Part shown: positions 62,587 to 64,000 of the stretch, piece after piece
Position numbering within the stretch: position 1 is the first letter of the stretch
Layout of the letters: every line of letters begins with the position of its first letter
DNA from: Eledone cirrhosa
Lineage: Eukaryota
Direction: 5' to 3'
Length of the DNA stretch: 64,000 bases
Assembly (NCBI GenBank): GCA_964016885.1
Contig: OZ024742.1
Span: 253,456,001 to 253,520,000, forward strand
Program-made: the position numbers and the translations under genes
The notes under the pieces: model-generated
The model's database searches: none
What the model saw: only the letters and a program-made list of their open reading frames with translations
Told to the model about the DNA's origin: nothing

Positions 62587-63631
62587 GTTGATCTATGATA
62601 TACATGAAAAATAATTCCTGTTGTGCATCGACGACATCCTGCTGCAATGAAACAAATTAATGCATTGCAATAATGAATGTAATTGTTGGTTTATCAATGG
62701 AAATGTTATTAGCGTACTTTGTTAGTCAATAACCACATTTCCATATTTCTAGCCCACGGTGCTATCAGTCTGAAATGACTGCTGGATTAAAATCTGATAA
62801 TCAAATTATTTAGATGGACGAATTAGAAATATAGTAGCAATGAATGAGTAACAAGTCCATTAGCTAAATTATCTTGTCTTCATTAGTTTGTCAGAAAACT
62901 TCAGTCACTGCAATTAACACACCTTACAGTTTATGATTAGCTATAGCTAAAGCAAAAAAAAATCATGTTTGAAGTTAAAGGCGGTGGCCTTTCGTAGTTG
63001 GTGCTTTATTTTAAAGGTAGATATGAGAGGAAAGTGACGTAAAGATACACTAACCCTAATGTGTCAAATAATGTCCATAAATAACACTCTCCCCATGAGA
63101 TGGTGAAGGGGTCATGGAAGCTAATGAAGAAGTCACTACCATTAAAATTAACAATTCTGTTACCAGGTTTCTAATGAAAGATACGACATGTAATTTTTAA
63201 ATCATTTTGAGAATAATCAAGAATTTGAAAGTATTTAGTAATGTAATAAACTTTCTCATTATTAAGTTAGTATTTGGGACATAACTAAACAAAGATTCTT
63301 ATAGAAAATTATGATGGAAGGTTTTTAGATAAATATAAGCACTTTAACCATGTTTCTAATGAAAGACGTGATTTTCAAAGCGTTTTGAAAATAATCTACA
63401 ATTTGGAGGGAATTAATAATGTAACACATTTTCTCGTTATTAAGTTAGTATTTGGGACATAACTAAATGGAGGTTGTTATATGAAATTATGATGAAACGT
63501 TTTTAATAAATATAAATAAATCAAAATATTTGAAAATAAACAGTTCTATATTATAGAACCCGAGGTTGTTTCAGATGATTTTCTATAAAAAAGGGTTATA
63601 TTTTAATCATGTTTTTCAGTCAACTATTCAT

Positions 63632-63830
63632 TTTGATGTTCTACGTCCATTTTTCCATGCTAGCATGGATAAGACAAATTGTCTTATTGTGGGCAATGCC
63701 AGGTCAGGTGACTGTCTTGCTCATACAGAACTGATTTTGGCTTGATTCTACAGCTGGATGCCCTTCCTAATGCTAACCTCATTTACAGTGAGTACTGGGT
63801 GCATTTTGTCATGACACCTACATGATCACT
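63632..63830 (-). mobile_element. SINE/RTE-type 3' half (related copy at ~31195-31438, plus strand)
   Basis: CTACAGCTGGATGCCCTTCCTAA and the ACGTCCATTTTTCCATGCTAGC tail. Confidence 0.8.
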
Positions 63831-64000
63831 ACATCTTGTTGACCTACTTAACAGTTGCCACCTCTTATTTACCTGTCCACATATCTAGCAAAGAACACAC
63901 AGGTGTCACAGGAGCTGAGTACTCGGTGTTTGAGTCTGTTCATGTAAGAGATGGCCAGAAAACCTGACTGGCTGGATTCCATGGGTCCTCCAGAAGTCTG

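Overview
AT-rich eukaryotic DNA, almost entirely repetitive. Its SINE, RTE and microsatellite content points to a coleoid cephalopod, most likely an octopus (inference). I found no supportable host protein-coding exon; nearly all ORF-track entries are translations of microsatellites. The window holds: (i) at least five Penelope-like retroelement (PLE) copies. Two are near full-length Naiad-type (21.9-24.5 kb minus, 50.3-53.6 kb plus), one is a 5'-truncated copy with a long 3' region, and two are older fragments. Several tiny fold-back pLTR remnants accompany them. (ii) About eight type I hammerhead ribozyme (HHR) motifs, including a ~429-nt tandem-monomer retrozyme-like unit at 2.9-3.5 kb and a U3-A8 core variant at 53.9 kb. 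(iii) RTE LINE fragments and two tRNA-headed SINE families, one sharing the RTE 3' end. (iv) A truncated Gypsy LTR element. (v) Mariner, hAT and piggyBac non-autonomous DNA elements. (vi) A 9.3-kb pentamer-based satellite and several minisatellites. The most interesting signal is the ribozyme/fold-back PLE system and its non-coding retrozyme-like passenger. All structures were derived by eye, so coordinates of degraded elements are approximate.
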